The notes under the pieces were generated by a model. That model ran no database searches, had not been told where the DNA came from, and saw nothing but the letters and a program-made list of their open reading frames with translations. A DNA stretch of 41,518 nt from a virus (Duplodnaviria > Caudoviricetes): the IMG/VR virus record IMGVR_UViG_3300020042_001792, positions 1 through 41,518 of that record; one strand, 5' to 3'. The translations under genes were made by a program, and so were the position numbers. Each line of letters starts with the position of its first letter. Position 1 is the stretch's first letter. Of this stretch, positions 9,749-18,368 are shown one piece after another.

Positions 9749-10051
9749 ATGACGACCATCGCCCGAAGAACCCGCGCTCACTATCCATTTGTTGTCGAAC
9801 CTTTCGGGGATCGATGGCAAATCCTGTTTGTCAACATTGACAGACCGAGCCGCGTTGCGGAGTTTGATAAGCGTGAAGATGCGTTCATTCATATGCGATC
9901 ACTCAATCGGCTGTGGTGGCAGGAACTCCACGCGCTTGACGAAGCCCGCCGGGTGATTGAGAGGGTTCGCGAAACAAGCGCCCCTCCGCCCGTTGCAACC
10001 GCTCCCGCATCGCTTTGGACTCGGCTGATGACGGCTTTGCGCCTTCGGTAG
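9749..10051 (+). CDS. Antisense hypothetical protein (possible immunity or partner of the polyvalent protein)
   Basis: 100-aa ORF occupying the otherwise empty 9704-9902 gap, convergent with and overlapping the 3' end of 9903..13340. Confidence 0.55.
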   Translation: MTTIARRTRAHYPFVVEPFGDRWQILFVNIDRPSRVAEFDKREDAFIHMRSLNRLWWQELHALDEARRVIERVRETSAPPPVATAPASLWTRLMTALRLR

Positions 10052-13000
10052 CGTAGTCACCTCGCTCGATGTACAGGCGATCCTTCGCAGGGTCAGCCTT
10101 GCCATAGGTAAAGTTTGCACGCTTGCCCAGCACTGACTTGGCAACGTCCTGCGCATCAAAGAACTCTGTGGGCACCTTGCCTTTGGCTTGATCAAATGGC
10201 ATCACCACCACGCCACCCAGTCGTGGGTTGTGGGCGACAATCATCCCGGGCAACTGCTGGCCCAGTGCAACCACTTCCTCGTTGGTCAACTTCCCACCCT
10301 TGGGGCTGATCAGCATGGCCGATGCGTCGGCAATGTTGTTGGTCATCATGGGCACAAAGCGGTGCGCTGCTACGCTCTCCTGCGCCAAGTCTTGACCACC
10401 TTGCACGATGTCGGCACGCAAACCCTTGTTGGTCGACAGGTTGCCTGCACGCGGCACGTCCACAGCCACCAGCGGGTTGGTCTCAAGCTGCCCTTCAAAG
10501 TTCTCGTACACACCTTGGCCGGGTCGCTTGGTCGTCTTGCGTCCGCCCATGGTCTCCATTGATACCGGGGCACCGGGGCCAGTCATGCGGCGCGTTACAG
10601 TCTCCTGAAAATTACGGGGCTTGTACTTGGCAAGGTCTGGGGCCACGGCTTCCATGGTTACGGTCGCAGGCGTCATAGGACGGCGCACAGCGGCTGTAGC
10701 GGCGTTCAAGCCAGCTTCCCCTGCACGCATCACTTTCGGCGCAGCCTCGGCTGTTTTGGCGGCTCCCTTGATGGCTCCTGCTGGCGAGAACAGCGACAGG
10801 GCCGTCTCCATCATGGGGCGATCCGCTTCGGTCGTCATGCCGTACTGCTTCATCAGGTCTTTGAGATGCTCTGAGCCAAGGAATGGCTTGTCAGAAGCGA
10901 ATCGGTTATCGACTGGCTTACCACTCGCTAAACCACGCACAGCGTCGATGCCCTCCAACCCCATGTTCATCATGTCAACAGGCAGGCCAGCCAAGGGCGC
11001 GACCACGCCACGGTTGAGTAGATCGGTTGCAGCCCGGGGCTTCTTCAGGCTTCCCACTTCTTCCTTGCCCTGCTCTTTTGCCATGCGGGCCAGAATCTCG
11101 GCCATCAGTTTGGCCTTGCTTGGTTGGTCGGCAGGTGGTGCAGACACGCTTTGGCCGGGTATGCGTGCAGCCGCACCACCCTCGTCGTATTGGGCCACGC
11201 CACCACCAGCAGCCTTCCACGGCAACGTTTTGATCGCGCCGCCTTGGGCTTTCCATGGCATCTTCTTGATTGCACCACCATTGGCTGCATTGATGTGGCT
11301 GGCAAACTCGTCGTGAATCTTGGACTCGATGTCCTTGCCATACGCCTTGATCTTGATGGGCTGCTTGTTGACTGAGCCACCCTTGGCCTTGAGGTATTGC
11401 TTGCCACGCAGGACGTCTTCCATCACCTTAGTTGGGTTCTGGCCTGTCTGCTCTGCGGTGCGACGGATCATGCGCTCGAGGTTGTCGATGTAGAGTTCTG
11501 GCTTGGTCTTCAAGGCAGTCACGTCAGCCGAGCCATACCAGCCCAGTGCCTGCGCTTCTGCCGGGGCCATGTTGTGACGCTTTGCGCCACGTTGCCACAA
11601 CTCCTCAAAGCCTGCGTACTCAGAGCCTGATGGCGCAGCCTCCCAAAAGCCGGGTCGGGCCTTGGCCTCCTTCAGACTCATCTTGCCCGACGCGACATCC
11701 TTACGCGGAAAGTGAGTGGCGAGAATGTTGCCCTCCTCATCCTTCTCCACCAGTTTAGATGCCAGCCAGCGCGGATCACCACGCTCGATGATGGGGCCAC
11801 GCACTGCGTTGACGTCCACCGTCACAGGCTTGAGGTTGCCTTGGTAGTTGCGGTAGAACGTGCCCAGCTTCTTGTCTGGTGGCAGTGCGCCCTCAATGTC
11901 GCCGCTGGCAATCTGCTTGCCCCGGCTGAAGATGTCGCCCTGCGCCAGCGATCCATACCCGGGCGGCAACTCGATGGCCGTACCTTCTGGCCGTTCGGCC
12001 TTGCCGCGCTTGATCTTGTTGGTCATCAGAAATGCGTCGTCAGGCAGTTTGCCCGTCTGACTTAGGTGGTACAGGTAACTGCCCATCTTGTTCTGCTGGT
12101 CGACCGGATTGCGCTGTGATGCGGAGGCCATCTGGGCAAGGAAGATGTCGAACTCCCGTTGGGTCATGCCGATGTCCATCGCCACCTGCCTCAATGGCTC
12201 GGTGCCATACCACTCCTGCACGTTCAGGTCTTTGCCTTGGTTAATCAGTTTGTCCACCTTTTTACGGGCGGTCGGTGAATCAAGCAGGTCTTGCATCCGC
12301 TCGGTGTACTTGGGCTGCTTGCCTTCAGCGCGGGCCTTGTCAACCATGGGCATCCGGGGCAAGTCTTTCTGCTCAATGCCGGGTGTGTACATCCCACCAG
12401 TGCGAGGCATCAACGGCAGGCCAGTGCCAGACGGCGTCGTCATGGGGGCTTGCTTGGCCTTGAGCGCCTCTTGCAGCTTGCCAGCCTCAAGAGCGGCGTC
12501 AGCCTCTTTGTTGGCCGCTTTGATGGCCTGCGCTATCTTGCCAAGCGCCCCGGTCTTTCCGCCTTTTTGCATATGGATCGCCCCTCCTCGGGCCTCGTTG
12601 ATGTCACCTTTGGTGGCGTCGTATGTACCACGGTTGCCAATTGCGCTCTTGACTGCGCTGGGGTTGTAGGACACCACCTCGGACAGGTCGTCACCACGGT
12701 ACTGCATGATGCCGTCGTAGCCTTGGGCCTGCGCTCTGGTTTGAATTTGCTTGCCAATGTTGCCCTTCTCCTCGAACGCCTTTTCCACCAATCGAATGGC
12801 GCTGGCCTCATCCATGCCAAGGCTCATGAGCGCGTCAGCCGCTGGGTCAATGCTCCTGCCTGACTTGCCAATGATGAGAGGGTTACGCATCTGCACATGG
12901 ACTGGCAACATATTGCCGCTTGCTTGCCCTTCACGCAATGTGCCAGTAACGCGGTCAGCCGCAAATTGGTCAGCCATCTTCTTGCTGTAGTCACCACCCA

Positions 13001-13340
13001 GACGCATCATCTCAAGCGCCTCGTCATTAGGAATGCCCGTGTAACTGCTTGCGTGTGCGGTGTTAGGGGTTGTGTATATACCAGAGCCAAGTGCGCCCTC
13101 TTTGCTTGGCTTGATGCGACGGATGGCCTCAGTACCTTTGCCGCCTTCGGTCGCGTTCGTGCCGTGGTACAGGCGCATGGGCGCTTTGCTTGGCTCAAGG
13201 AACTTCTGAAGGTTGGCCTCGCGCTCCGCTTTGGGTAGAACGTCCTGCGTGCCCTTCAGCTTAGATGCCGCAGACACCTCTGCCTGCTTGATCGCACTGG
13301 TCAGTCCCTTGCCAAGTTTTTTGAAGTCAGCCATGGTCAT
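9903..13340 (-). CDS. Polyvalent virion-associated protein with an N-terminal ART-PolyVal-like ADP-ribosyltransferase domain and a HhH/glycosylase-like domain
   Basis: 1145 aa between terL and portal. LYHGT..GSGIY..NP..GYDG..EVVSYNPSAVKSAIGNRGTY, then WY..ASASQRNPV..K..F..N..G...VTVD..R..PAEAQALGW. Confidence 0.7.
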   Translation of the reverse strand: MTMADFKKLGKGLTSAIKQAEVSAASKLKGTQDVLPKAEREANLQKFLEPSKAPMRLYHGTNATEGGKGTEAIRRIKPSKEGALGSGIYTTPNTAHASSYTGIPNDEALEMMRLGGDYSKKMADQFAADRVTGTLREGQASGNMLPVHVQMRNPLIIGKSGRSIDPAADALMSLGMDEASAIRLVEKAFEEKGNIGKQIQTRAQAQGYDGIMQYRGDDLSEVVSYNPSAVKSAIGNRGTYDATKGDINEARGGAIHMQKGGKTGALGKIAQAIKAANKEADAALEAGKLQEALKAKQAPMTTPSGTGLPLMPRTGGMYTPGIEQKDLPRMPMVDKARAEGKQPKYTERMQDLLDSPTARKKVDKLINQGKDLNVQEWYGTEPLRQVAMDIGMTQREFDIFLAQMASASQRNPVDQQNKMGSYLYHLSQTGKLPDDAFLMTNKIKRGKAERPEGTAIELPPGYGSLAQGDIFSRGKQIASGDIEGALPPDKKLGTFYRNYQGNLKPVTVDVNAVRGPIIERGDPRWLASKLVEKDEEGNILATHFPRKDVASGKMSLKEAKARPGFWEAAPSGSEYAGFEELWQRGAKRHNMAPAEAQALGWYGSADVTALKTKPELYIDNLERMIRRTAEQTGQNPTKVMEDVLRGKQYLKAKGGSVNKQPIKIKAYGKDIESKIHDEFASHINAANGGAIKKMPWKAQGGAIKTLPWKAAGGGVAQYDEGGAAARIPGQSVSAPPADQPSKAKLMAEILARMAKEQGKEEVGSLKKPRAATDLLNRGVVAPLAGLPVDMMNMGLEGIDAVRGLASGKPVDNRFASDKPFLGSEHLKDLMKQYGMTTEADRPMMETALSLFSPAGAIKGAAKTAEAAPKVMRAGEAGLNAATAAVRRPMTPATVTMEAVAPDLAKYKPRNFQETVTRRMTGPGAPVSMETMGGRKTTKRPGQGVYENFEGQLETNPLVAVDVPRAGNLSTNKGLRADIVQGGQDLAQESVAAHRFVPMMTNNIADASAMLISPKGGKLTNEEVVALGQQLPGMIVAHNPRLGGVVVMPFDQAKGKVPTEFFDAQDVAKSVLGKRANFTYGKADPAKDRLYIERGDYATEGAKPSSAESKAMRERLQRAEGRLFREPSQSPGGLRQARGVPATTAD

Positions 13341-14752
13341 TCCGCATATGGATTCACGCGCTTAGGTTGCGCGTCATAGTAGTCATCTTCATCATCATAC
13401 CGAGGGTCAGGGTTTATGTCGAGGAAACCCATGTCCTTGAGCAGACGCATCGCCTGCGTTGCTGAGTCGACGTAGTCATCATGCGCGGCATCAGGGAAGG
13501 CGCATATCTGCGACAGGAACCCTTCGGCCCAGTCCTTGACGTAGCCCTTGTGGACAGACGACTCAGGCAACCAGACGCGCCCGGTCGCAAAGATGGACGC
13601 GGTGATCTGGAGGCGGGTCATCTTGTCAGCGTTGCCCGGGTTCCACGCACGCACAGGCAGGTGCATCGATTGCAACTCCTGCACCAGTGACAGGCCCGAC
13701 GCCTTGGCCTCGATCAGGATCAGGTCAGGGCGCTTGGCATCCTTGCCTTCGCCGTAGGAATTGCGCCACTCATCCAGCACCTTGGGCTTGAGGTCGGGGA
13801 AGGTCAGGTGTTCAGCCCAGCAGTCGATCAGCAGGACAGACATTGGCCCGTCGGTCGGCTTGAACACACCCCATGTGGTTGACGCTGTCGGGTCGTTGTA
13901 GGTCTTGTCGGTGTAGGCGCAGTCCAGCGACATGACGATGTACTCAAACTTGGGTAGTGGCCGCTCGGCTGGGTACATCTTGAACATGGAGCGGCTGACC
14001 ACCTTGCCGTCCTCGAGGTCGACCAGTTGGCCCATCACCTCCTGCTCATACAGCTTGCTGCCCTTGTACTGCTCCAACTGCTGCCTGAAGGATGAGGCAA
14101 GGTTGGCCTCGTTCTCATACGTCGAGGCGCGGTCGATCACCACGTCCTCACCTTCGCGCCCGATCAACTCGACGATCAAGTCCTTGGGGCGCGGTGTCGT
14201 CGTCACGATGACCCGGGGCTTGTCACCCAGACGCAGGCCCATAGTCATCATGTCCCACGCTTCGCCGGGGCCAAGATACTGAAACGCTGCGAGTTCGTCG
14301 CACCATGCGAAGTGAAACTGTGGGCCACGCAGACGCTCGTATGAGTCGCCGCTGATACCCCTGATGATCGAGCCGTTGCTCAATTTGATTTGATGGTCTT
14401 GCTTGTTGTAGTCCACCACGAGTTCGGCGGGTATGCAGGCCAGCAGGCCAGACTGACCCTCGAAGCAGGTGAACTTGATGTCGTTGGACGTAGGGGCCAA
14501 CACGAGGCAGCGACAGCCCGGGTGGCTCCATGCCCACCACCACAGCGCCTCGGCTGCACTGCGGGTCTTCCCAGCCCCTCGCCCCGCCAGCATCATCCAG
14601 ACCGTGTAGTCCATCTCGAGCGGTGGCGGTATTTGGTAGCGGTGAGCGCTTGCCACCCATTTTGCGTGGGCGATCTGCGCAATGCGGTCATGCTCCTGCT
14701 GGGCGTTGAACTCCGCCTGCGTTTCCGGGTCTTCGAGCAGTTCTGCTAACAC
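13337..14752 (-). CDS. terL: Terminase large subunit
   Basis: Walker A AGRGAGKT, LRGPQFHFAWCDE Walker B, VTTTP coupling motif, C-terminal nuclease (SLD, IEAKASG, HDDYVDS). Confidence 0.95.
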   Translation of the reverse strand: MLAELLEDPETQAEFNAQQEHDRIAQIAHAKWVASAHRYQIPPPLEMDYTVWMMLAGRGAGKTRSAAEALWWWAWSHPGCRCLVLAPTSNDIKFTCFEGQSGLLACIPAELVVDYNKQDHQIKLSNGSIIRGISGDSYERLRGPQFHFAWCDELAAFQYLGPGEAWDMMTMGLRLGDKPRVIVTTTPRPKDLIVELIGREGEDVVIDRASTYENEANLASSFRQQLEQYKGSKLYEQEVMGQLVDLEDGKVVSRSMFKMYPAERPLPKFEYIVMSLDCAYTDKTYNDPTASTTWGVFKPTDGPMSVLLIDCWAEHLTFPDLKPKVLDEWRNSYGEGKDAKRPDLILIEAKASGLSLVQELQSMHLPVRAWNPGNADKMTRLQITASIFATGRVWLPESSVHKGYVKDWAEGFLSQICAFPDAAHDDYVDSATQAMRLLKDMGFLDINPDPRYDDEDDYYDAQPKRVNPYAE

Positions 14753-14825
14753 AAGTAGTACTCAGGCCAGACACGAGGCGTATAACCCCGTGTTTTTCGA
14801 CACCACAAGGGTGCGCAATGAATAC

Positions 14826-15416
14826 TTATTGACCAGCACGCTTGGTCATCTCCATGTTCTTGATGATGTCCAAGAACTTGCTGGCGCTGGAATCTTCGGT
14901 CTTGATGGCCGCTCCACCCTCCACGCCTTCGACAGCCACCCGGTCGCCATACTTACGGGGCTTCAGCTTGGCTGACGTCCACTTGCGGGCCTCAATGCGC
15001 TGCCTCTGCCACGCTAGGTAGGTCTGGTCAAGGGAGGTGCGACCGTCCTTGTCAGTGTACTCAGGAGGCATCTCGTCAGCGATGGCAAGGATTTCGTCAG
15101 CGTTGGTGTCGGCTTGGTCTTCGCGTGCGCGTGCGTACATCTCGCAGAAGATGGGGAAGCGAATCAACCACCGATAAATCGTCGCGCAGTGTGGGAGGTG
15201 GTCACTACTACAGATTGACACAAGTGACTCTCCGTGAGCGAGTCTCCAGCACACCTCTTCTGCTATCTCTTCTGTGTACTCTACTGGCCTGTGTGCAGGT
15301 CTTGATATTTGCGGGGCTACAGGCTTCTTTGCGGGCGCAGTGGTACCTTGGGCCTGTGTCTTGGCCTTCGGTGTCTTGGCGGGCTTCTTAGGCCCCTTCT
15401 TGCTGGTTTCTGGCAT
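14826..15416 (-). CDS. terS: Terminase small subunit (Sf6 gp1-like HTH)
   Basis: RLAHGESLVSIC..P..ATIYRWL..YARARE.QAD..RKW..KLKPRKYGD; directly upstream of terL. Confidence 0.85.
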   Translation of the reverse strand: MPETSKKGPKKPAKTPKAKTQAQGTTAPAKKPVAPQISRPAHRPVEYTEEIAEEVCWRLAHGESLVSICSSDHLPHCATIYRWLIRFPIFCEMYARAREDQADTNADEILAIADEMPPEYTDKDGRTSLDQTYLAWQRQRIEARKWTSAKLKPRKYGDRVAVEGVEGGAAIKTEDSSASKFLDIIKNMEMTKRAGQ

Positions 15417-15565
15417 AACCCGTAATCCCCATGTGAATGAACGAATGTCGTCAGTGTAAACGAATCGCTTTCGGGGCGCTATAGGTTGTCAGTGGTCGGT
15501 GCGGTATCCAGTCAGCGTTTCAGACGTGTCTCGACTTGCCCATGCTCCGTTTACTTTCCTTTCCA

Positions 15566-15657
15566 CCAACACGGCTGAGATGGTGGGTGTCGAACCCACA
15601 GCCTTCAGGCTTGAACGGCGAATCTCGCGCCGACCTCATTCGTCCCATGCGTCTTGG
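15566..15657 (-). ncRNA. tRNA-like structured RNA (non-canonical)
   Basis: Minus strand: T-arm GTGGG-TTCGACA-CCCAC, acceptor-like stem TGGGACG/CATCTCA, hairpins CGGCG/CGCCG and AGCCT/AGGCT, outer stem CCAAGACG/CGTGTTGG. No proper D-arm and no CCA. Confidence 0.5.
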
Positions 15658-15685
15658 CTCCACTTATGTGGAAACCGATTCGCTA

Positions 15686-15919
15686 TCAGTTCGCTGGTGA
15701 CTCGCTATGCTCGATCAACTCTTGCTGCTCGGGCGGGCTGTACTGCTCCACTGCTGTTCCCTTGCCGAGTTCTTTGACGAGGTCATCTTGCGATGCCACG
15801 CGAACGGTCAGCATGGTATTGGCGACGTGACTCAGGGCTTGCTGTCGCAGGCTGGCCTTGATCAGGCGGGTCTTCCCTTCGGGTGTGCCGACGAGATAAA
15901 TTCTTTGTGCTGTTGCCAT
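15686..15919 (-). CDS. Hypothetical phage protein
   Basis: 77-aa ORF with its own upstream TATAAT box. Confidence 0.7.
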   Translation of the reverse strand: MATAQRIYLVGTPEGKTRLIKASLRQQALSHVANTMLTVRVASQDDLVKELGKGTAVEQYSPPEQQELIEHSESPAN

Positions 15920-15956
15920 GTTCGTTCTTCAATTTATTTTGTCTTTTGTATGTGAA

Positions 15957-15965
15957 ATTATACCA
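15957..15965 (-). promoter_or_regulatory. Extended -10 promoter element
   Basis: TGGTATAAT on the minus strand about 40 nt upstream of ATG 15919. Confidence 0.5.
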
Positions 15966-16038
15966 CTTCCACCCGTAAATAAGAAGACCCACTCGTGATG
16001 GGTCTTCGGTGTTGGTAGAGGGGCACCACCCCTTGATG

Positions 16039-16085
16039 AACCGAGTCGGTTAAGGTTCGCTGTAGGTTCGCTACACGTTCGCTTT
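16039..16085. repeat. Palindrome AACCGAGTCGGTT plus 11-bp-phased TCG(G/C)T array
   Basis: TCGST starts at 16046, 16057, 16068 and 16079. Confidence 0.75.
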
Positions 16086-16097
16086 TTTGATATACCG

Positions 16098-16125
16098 AGT
16101 ATACCCACAGGGCAAACAATTGCAA
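16098..16125 (-). promoter_or_regulatory. Putative sigma70 promoter
   Basis: TTGCAA-N16-TATACT on the minus strand, reading into the phased array. Confidence 0.55.
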
Positions 16126-16130
16126 GCCCC

Positions 16131-16268
16131 TCACGTCATCATCCGCCAGTTGCTGGGCTGGGCCTCTGGGGCCACTTCAGGGGCTGGCTGGTGGGTAGCC
16201 ATAGCCACCGCAAAGAAAAGGGCGTAGAGGCCACAGAACAGGGCCACAGTGATGGCCGCTAATTTCAT
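16131..16268 (-). CDS. Small membrane or secreted protein (45 aa)
   Basis: MKLAAITVALFCGLYALFFAVAMA hydrophobic N-terminus; ATGA overlap with the upstream gene. Confidence 0.55.
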   Translation of the reverse strand: MKLAAITVALFCGLYALFFAVAMATHQPAPEVAPEAQPSNWRMMT

Positions 16269-16456
16269 GCAGCCTCCAGCACGCGGTTCAAGGCGGCGAT
16301 CATCTCGCGGGCCTGCTCGTGACTCAGCACGCAGTTGGCACCGCCACCGGGCACTTGGATTGAGAGCCACACCTCGCCGTCGTCGTAGTGATCCACGAAT
16401 GCGACGCGGTTGTAGTCACGGGTGATGATGCGGGTTTGCAATTCGTCTGTTGTCAT
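16265..16456 (-). CDS. Hypothetical protein
   Basis: Start revised to MTTDELQ after AAGGGG RBS. Confidence 0.6.
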   Translation of the reverse strand: MTTDELQTRIITRDYNRVAFVDHYDDGEVWLSIQVPGGGANCVLSHEQAREMIAALNRVLEAA

Positions 16457-16466
16457 AGTGTTCCCC

Positions 16467-16718
16467 TTAATCGTTGAGTTGTTCTGCAATCTCGGACTCA
16501 ATGCGGCTTGTGTCCTTGTCGGTCAGCTTGCGCTCCAACCAAGGGGCTGGGCGTCCACGGCGGTCACACACCACCCACTCGCTCTCGGTGTACCCGTGGT
16601 AGTCCCAGTCGCTGGCGGCGTGGTAACTGAACGAGCCACGCACGCTCTCGAAGTGGGTCACGCCAATGATGCAAGGGATGCCTGCAACACGGGTTTCAAT
16701 CTCTGCTAGGTATGACAT
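16467..16718 (-). CDS. Hypothetical phage protein
   Basis: Start revised to MSYLAEIE after AAGGA RBS; DRRGRPAPWLERKLT motif. Confidence 0.7.
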   Translation of the reverse strand: MSYLAEIETRVAGIPCIIGVTHFESVRGSFSYHAASDWDYHGYTESEWVVCDRRGRPAPWLERKLTDKDTSRIESEIAEQLND

Positions 16719-16773
16719 TTTATTTCCTTTCGCTTTTGATTCGGTTATCAGGGGGCTTTCGCCCCCCTTCGCT

Positions 16774-17244
16774 TTATTGTTTTGTCCAGTACCCATAGAC
16801 GCACCTACGGGAGACGTGTCTTGTGCCGTCTGCGTTCACCTCGTAGGTCTCTCTCTGAGGGTTCCATGTGTCGTTTATCACGCCATCGACCACAGCGGTG
16901 TAATGCTTGCTAACCGACACCACCAAGTTACCCATTGGCAATTCGCCATCGTGCAAATGAACCTTGCAACCTGTGCCGATGCCCATCGTGGGAGTCCATG
17001 CAAAACCAATCGAGGCCATGTAGTCCTTGAACCACTTGCGCGTCACGCTGATGCCACTACGGGCGGATGCAGAGCGCTTACCACGCTTGCCTGCCTTTTG
17101 ACTCCCCTCGCCTTTGGCAAGAGCCGCATAGACCTCTGCGTATGGCAGGCCAGAGGCGATTGCAATTGAACGAGCCACGCAGTCACCTGCTGTGCCTTTG
17201 TAGCCTGCGGCCTCTCGGCCTCCATCGTTGTACTGATATTCCAT
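16774..17244 (-). CDS. Conserved phage protein with a possible Cys-His-Asp (papain/C39-like) triad
   Basis: 156 aa; GDCVARSIAIA...KHYTAVVDG..NDTWN; first gene after a promoter cassette. Confidence 0.6.
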   Translation of the reverse strand: MEYQYNDGGREAAGYKGTAGDCVARSIAIASGLPYAEVYAALAKGEGSQKAGKRGKRSASARSGISVTRKWFKDYMASIGFAWTPTMGIGTGCKVHLHDGELPMGNLVVSVSKHYTAVVDGVINDTWNPQRETYEVNADGTRHVSRRCVYGYWTKQ

Positions 17245-17362
17245 TTCGCTTTCCTTCGCTGTTACCTGACTATGCGGATTTGCTGTGTCAGTGCTGTTAG
17301 TATAACACCAAGTTAAACGATGTCAACAACTTTCTCAAATTATTTTCTAGGTACTTTCCCTA
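17245..17362 (-). promoter_or_regulatory. Early promoter/leader cassette, copy 1
   Basis: TAGGGAAAGTACCTAG...TTGACA-N16-TATACT...CTGAC-loop-GTCAG-GTAAC...GAAAGCGAA-ATG. Confidence 0.8.
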
Positions 17363-17363
17363 A

Positions 17364-17390
17364 TAAAAGAAAAGGGGCTTTCGCCCCCTT
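17364..17390 (-). terminator. Rho-independent terminator after DUF932
   Basis: GGGGC-GAAA-GCCCC-TTTTCTTTT on the minus strand. Confidence 0.7.
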
Positions 17391-17393
17391 CCC

Positions 17394-18248
17394 TTATGCA
17401 GCCACCAACTCTTGGATGTCGATGGTGTTGGACTTCAACTGGGCCAAGCCATCGGCCAGTGTCCACAATGCGCGGTTCAGCTTAACGTTCTCGCTGACGC
17501 CACCCACAGCACGCGAAGAGACGCGACGGCCAGAGGCAGAGCGACCGGGCACGCCACCCTTGACCAAGTTCTCCTGAATGCGGTTAAACGCTGTCCACAG
17601 ATCGGCCTTGTTGTCGGCCCAGCGACGTGGGCGCAACAGGCGGTCGGCCTCCACCGGGGCTTGACCTTCGTTCCAGCGCAGGCTCAAGGCTGCGTTGGCA
17701 AACACGCGCTGCTCTGGCTCGGACAGGGTGATGCCCTTGTAGGTGCCGATGCGGTCAATCACCTGCTCGGTGTCCTCAAGGATGCGAGTCGCGCCCTCAA
17801 TGACGTCGTCCACCACGTTGCCACTGTGACGCACGCGGATGTCACTGCACACGTCGCCAGCGATCAGGCCGTTGGAGCAAACAAAACGGAAGATGCCCGA
17901 CAGCAACTGGTAAGACGATGTGCCGTCATGGCTGTTGATCAGAATGATCTCAGGCACTTCTTCTGCGCTGGTGATGCTGGACTCGTGGCGCAGGCGAACA
18001 AGGTGCTTTGTATGCTCACGCTTGGACTGGTCGCGCACGCGGGTCTGGCGCACTTCGTAGGGTTGGAAGCCCTCACCACGCAGGCCATCGATCACGCTGA
18101 TGGTGGGGATGAAGGTGTAACGCTGGCCGCGTGACTCATGGGCGGCTTCTGCCAGCACGCTTGGGGCGTAGCGGGCGATCTCGTCATTGCTCAAAGGAGC
18201 GTTCGAGCGGAAAGAGGCTTGGTTTGATGATGTGCTGTAACGGTACAT
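17394..18248 (-). CDS. DUF932/DUF945 family protein
   Basis: HESR..RY.FIPT, KHLVRLR, PEIILINSHDGTSSYQL.SGIFRFVCSNGL, LW..FNRIQEN, LNRALW. Confidence 0.9.
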   Translation of the reverse strand: MYRYSTSSNQASFRSNAPLSNDEIARYAPSVLAEAAHESRGQRYTFIPTISVIDGLRGEGFQPYEVRQTRVRDQSKREHTKHLVRLRHESSITSAEEVPEIILINSHDGTSSYQLLSGIFRFVCSNGLIAGDVCSDIRVRHSGNVVDDVIEGATRILEDTEQVIDRIGTYKGITLSEPEQRVFANAALSLRWNEGQAPVEADRLLRPRRWADNKADLWTAFNRIQENLVKGGVPGRSASGRRVSSRAVGGVSENVKLNRALWTLADGLAQLKSNTIDIQELVAA

Positions 18249-18368
18249 GGTGATCTCGCTTTCGTTTGGTTACCTGATCAACACCTTGTTGGTCAGTGAT
18301 TGGAAGTTTAACACCAAATTAAACGATGTCAACACTTCCGGTAAAAATAATTCTAGGTACTTTCCCTA
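18249..18368 (-). promoter_or_regulatory. Early promoter/leader cassette, copy 2
   Basis: TAGGGAAAGTACCTAG...TTGACA-N16-TAAACT; operator-like GTTTAA-N7-TTAAAC at 18306-18324; leader hairpin 18274-18296. Confidence 0.8.

Noticed and set aside
15573-15647. Canonical tRNA gene (Ser-AGA by loop position)
   Set aside because: No D-arm, no U33 or purine 37, no CCA; kept only as a tRNA-like element.
16039-16085. CRISPR-like array
   Set aside because: Repeat units are 5-7 bp with 11-bp period, far too short, and there are no cas genes. The nuclease at 27636 is an ordinary phage PD-(D/E)XK exonuclease.
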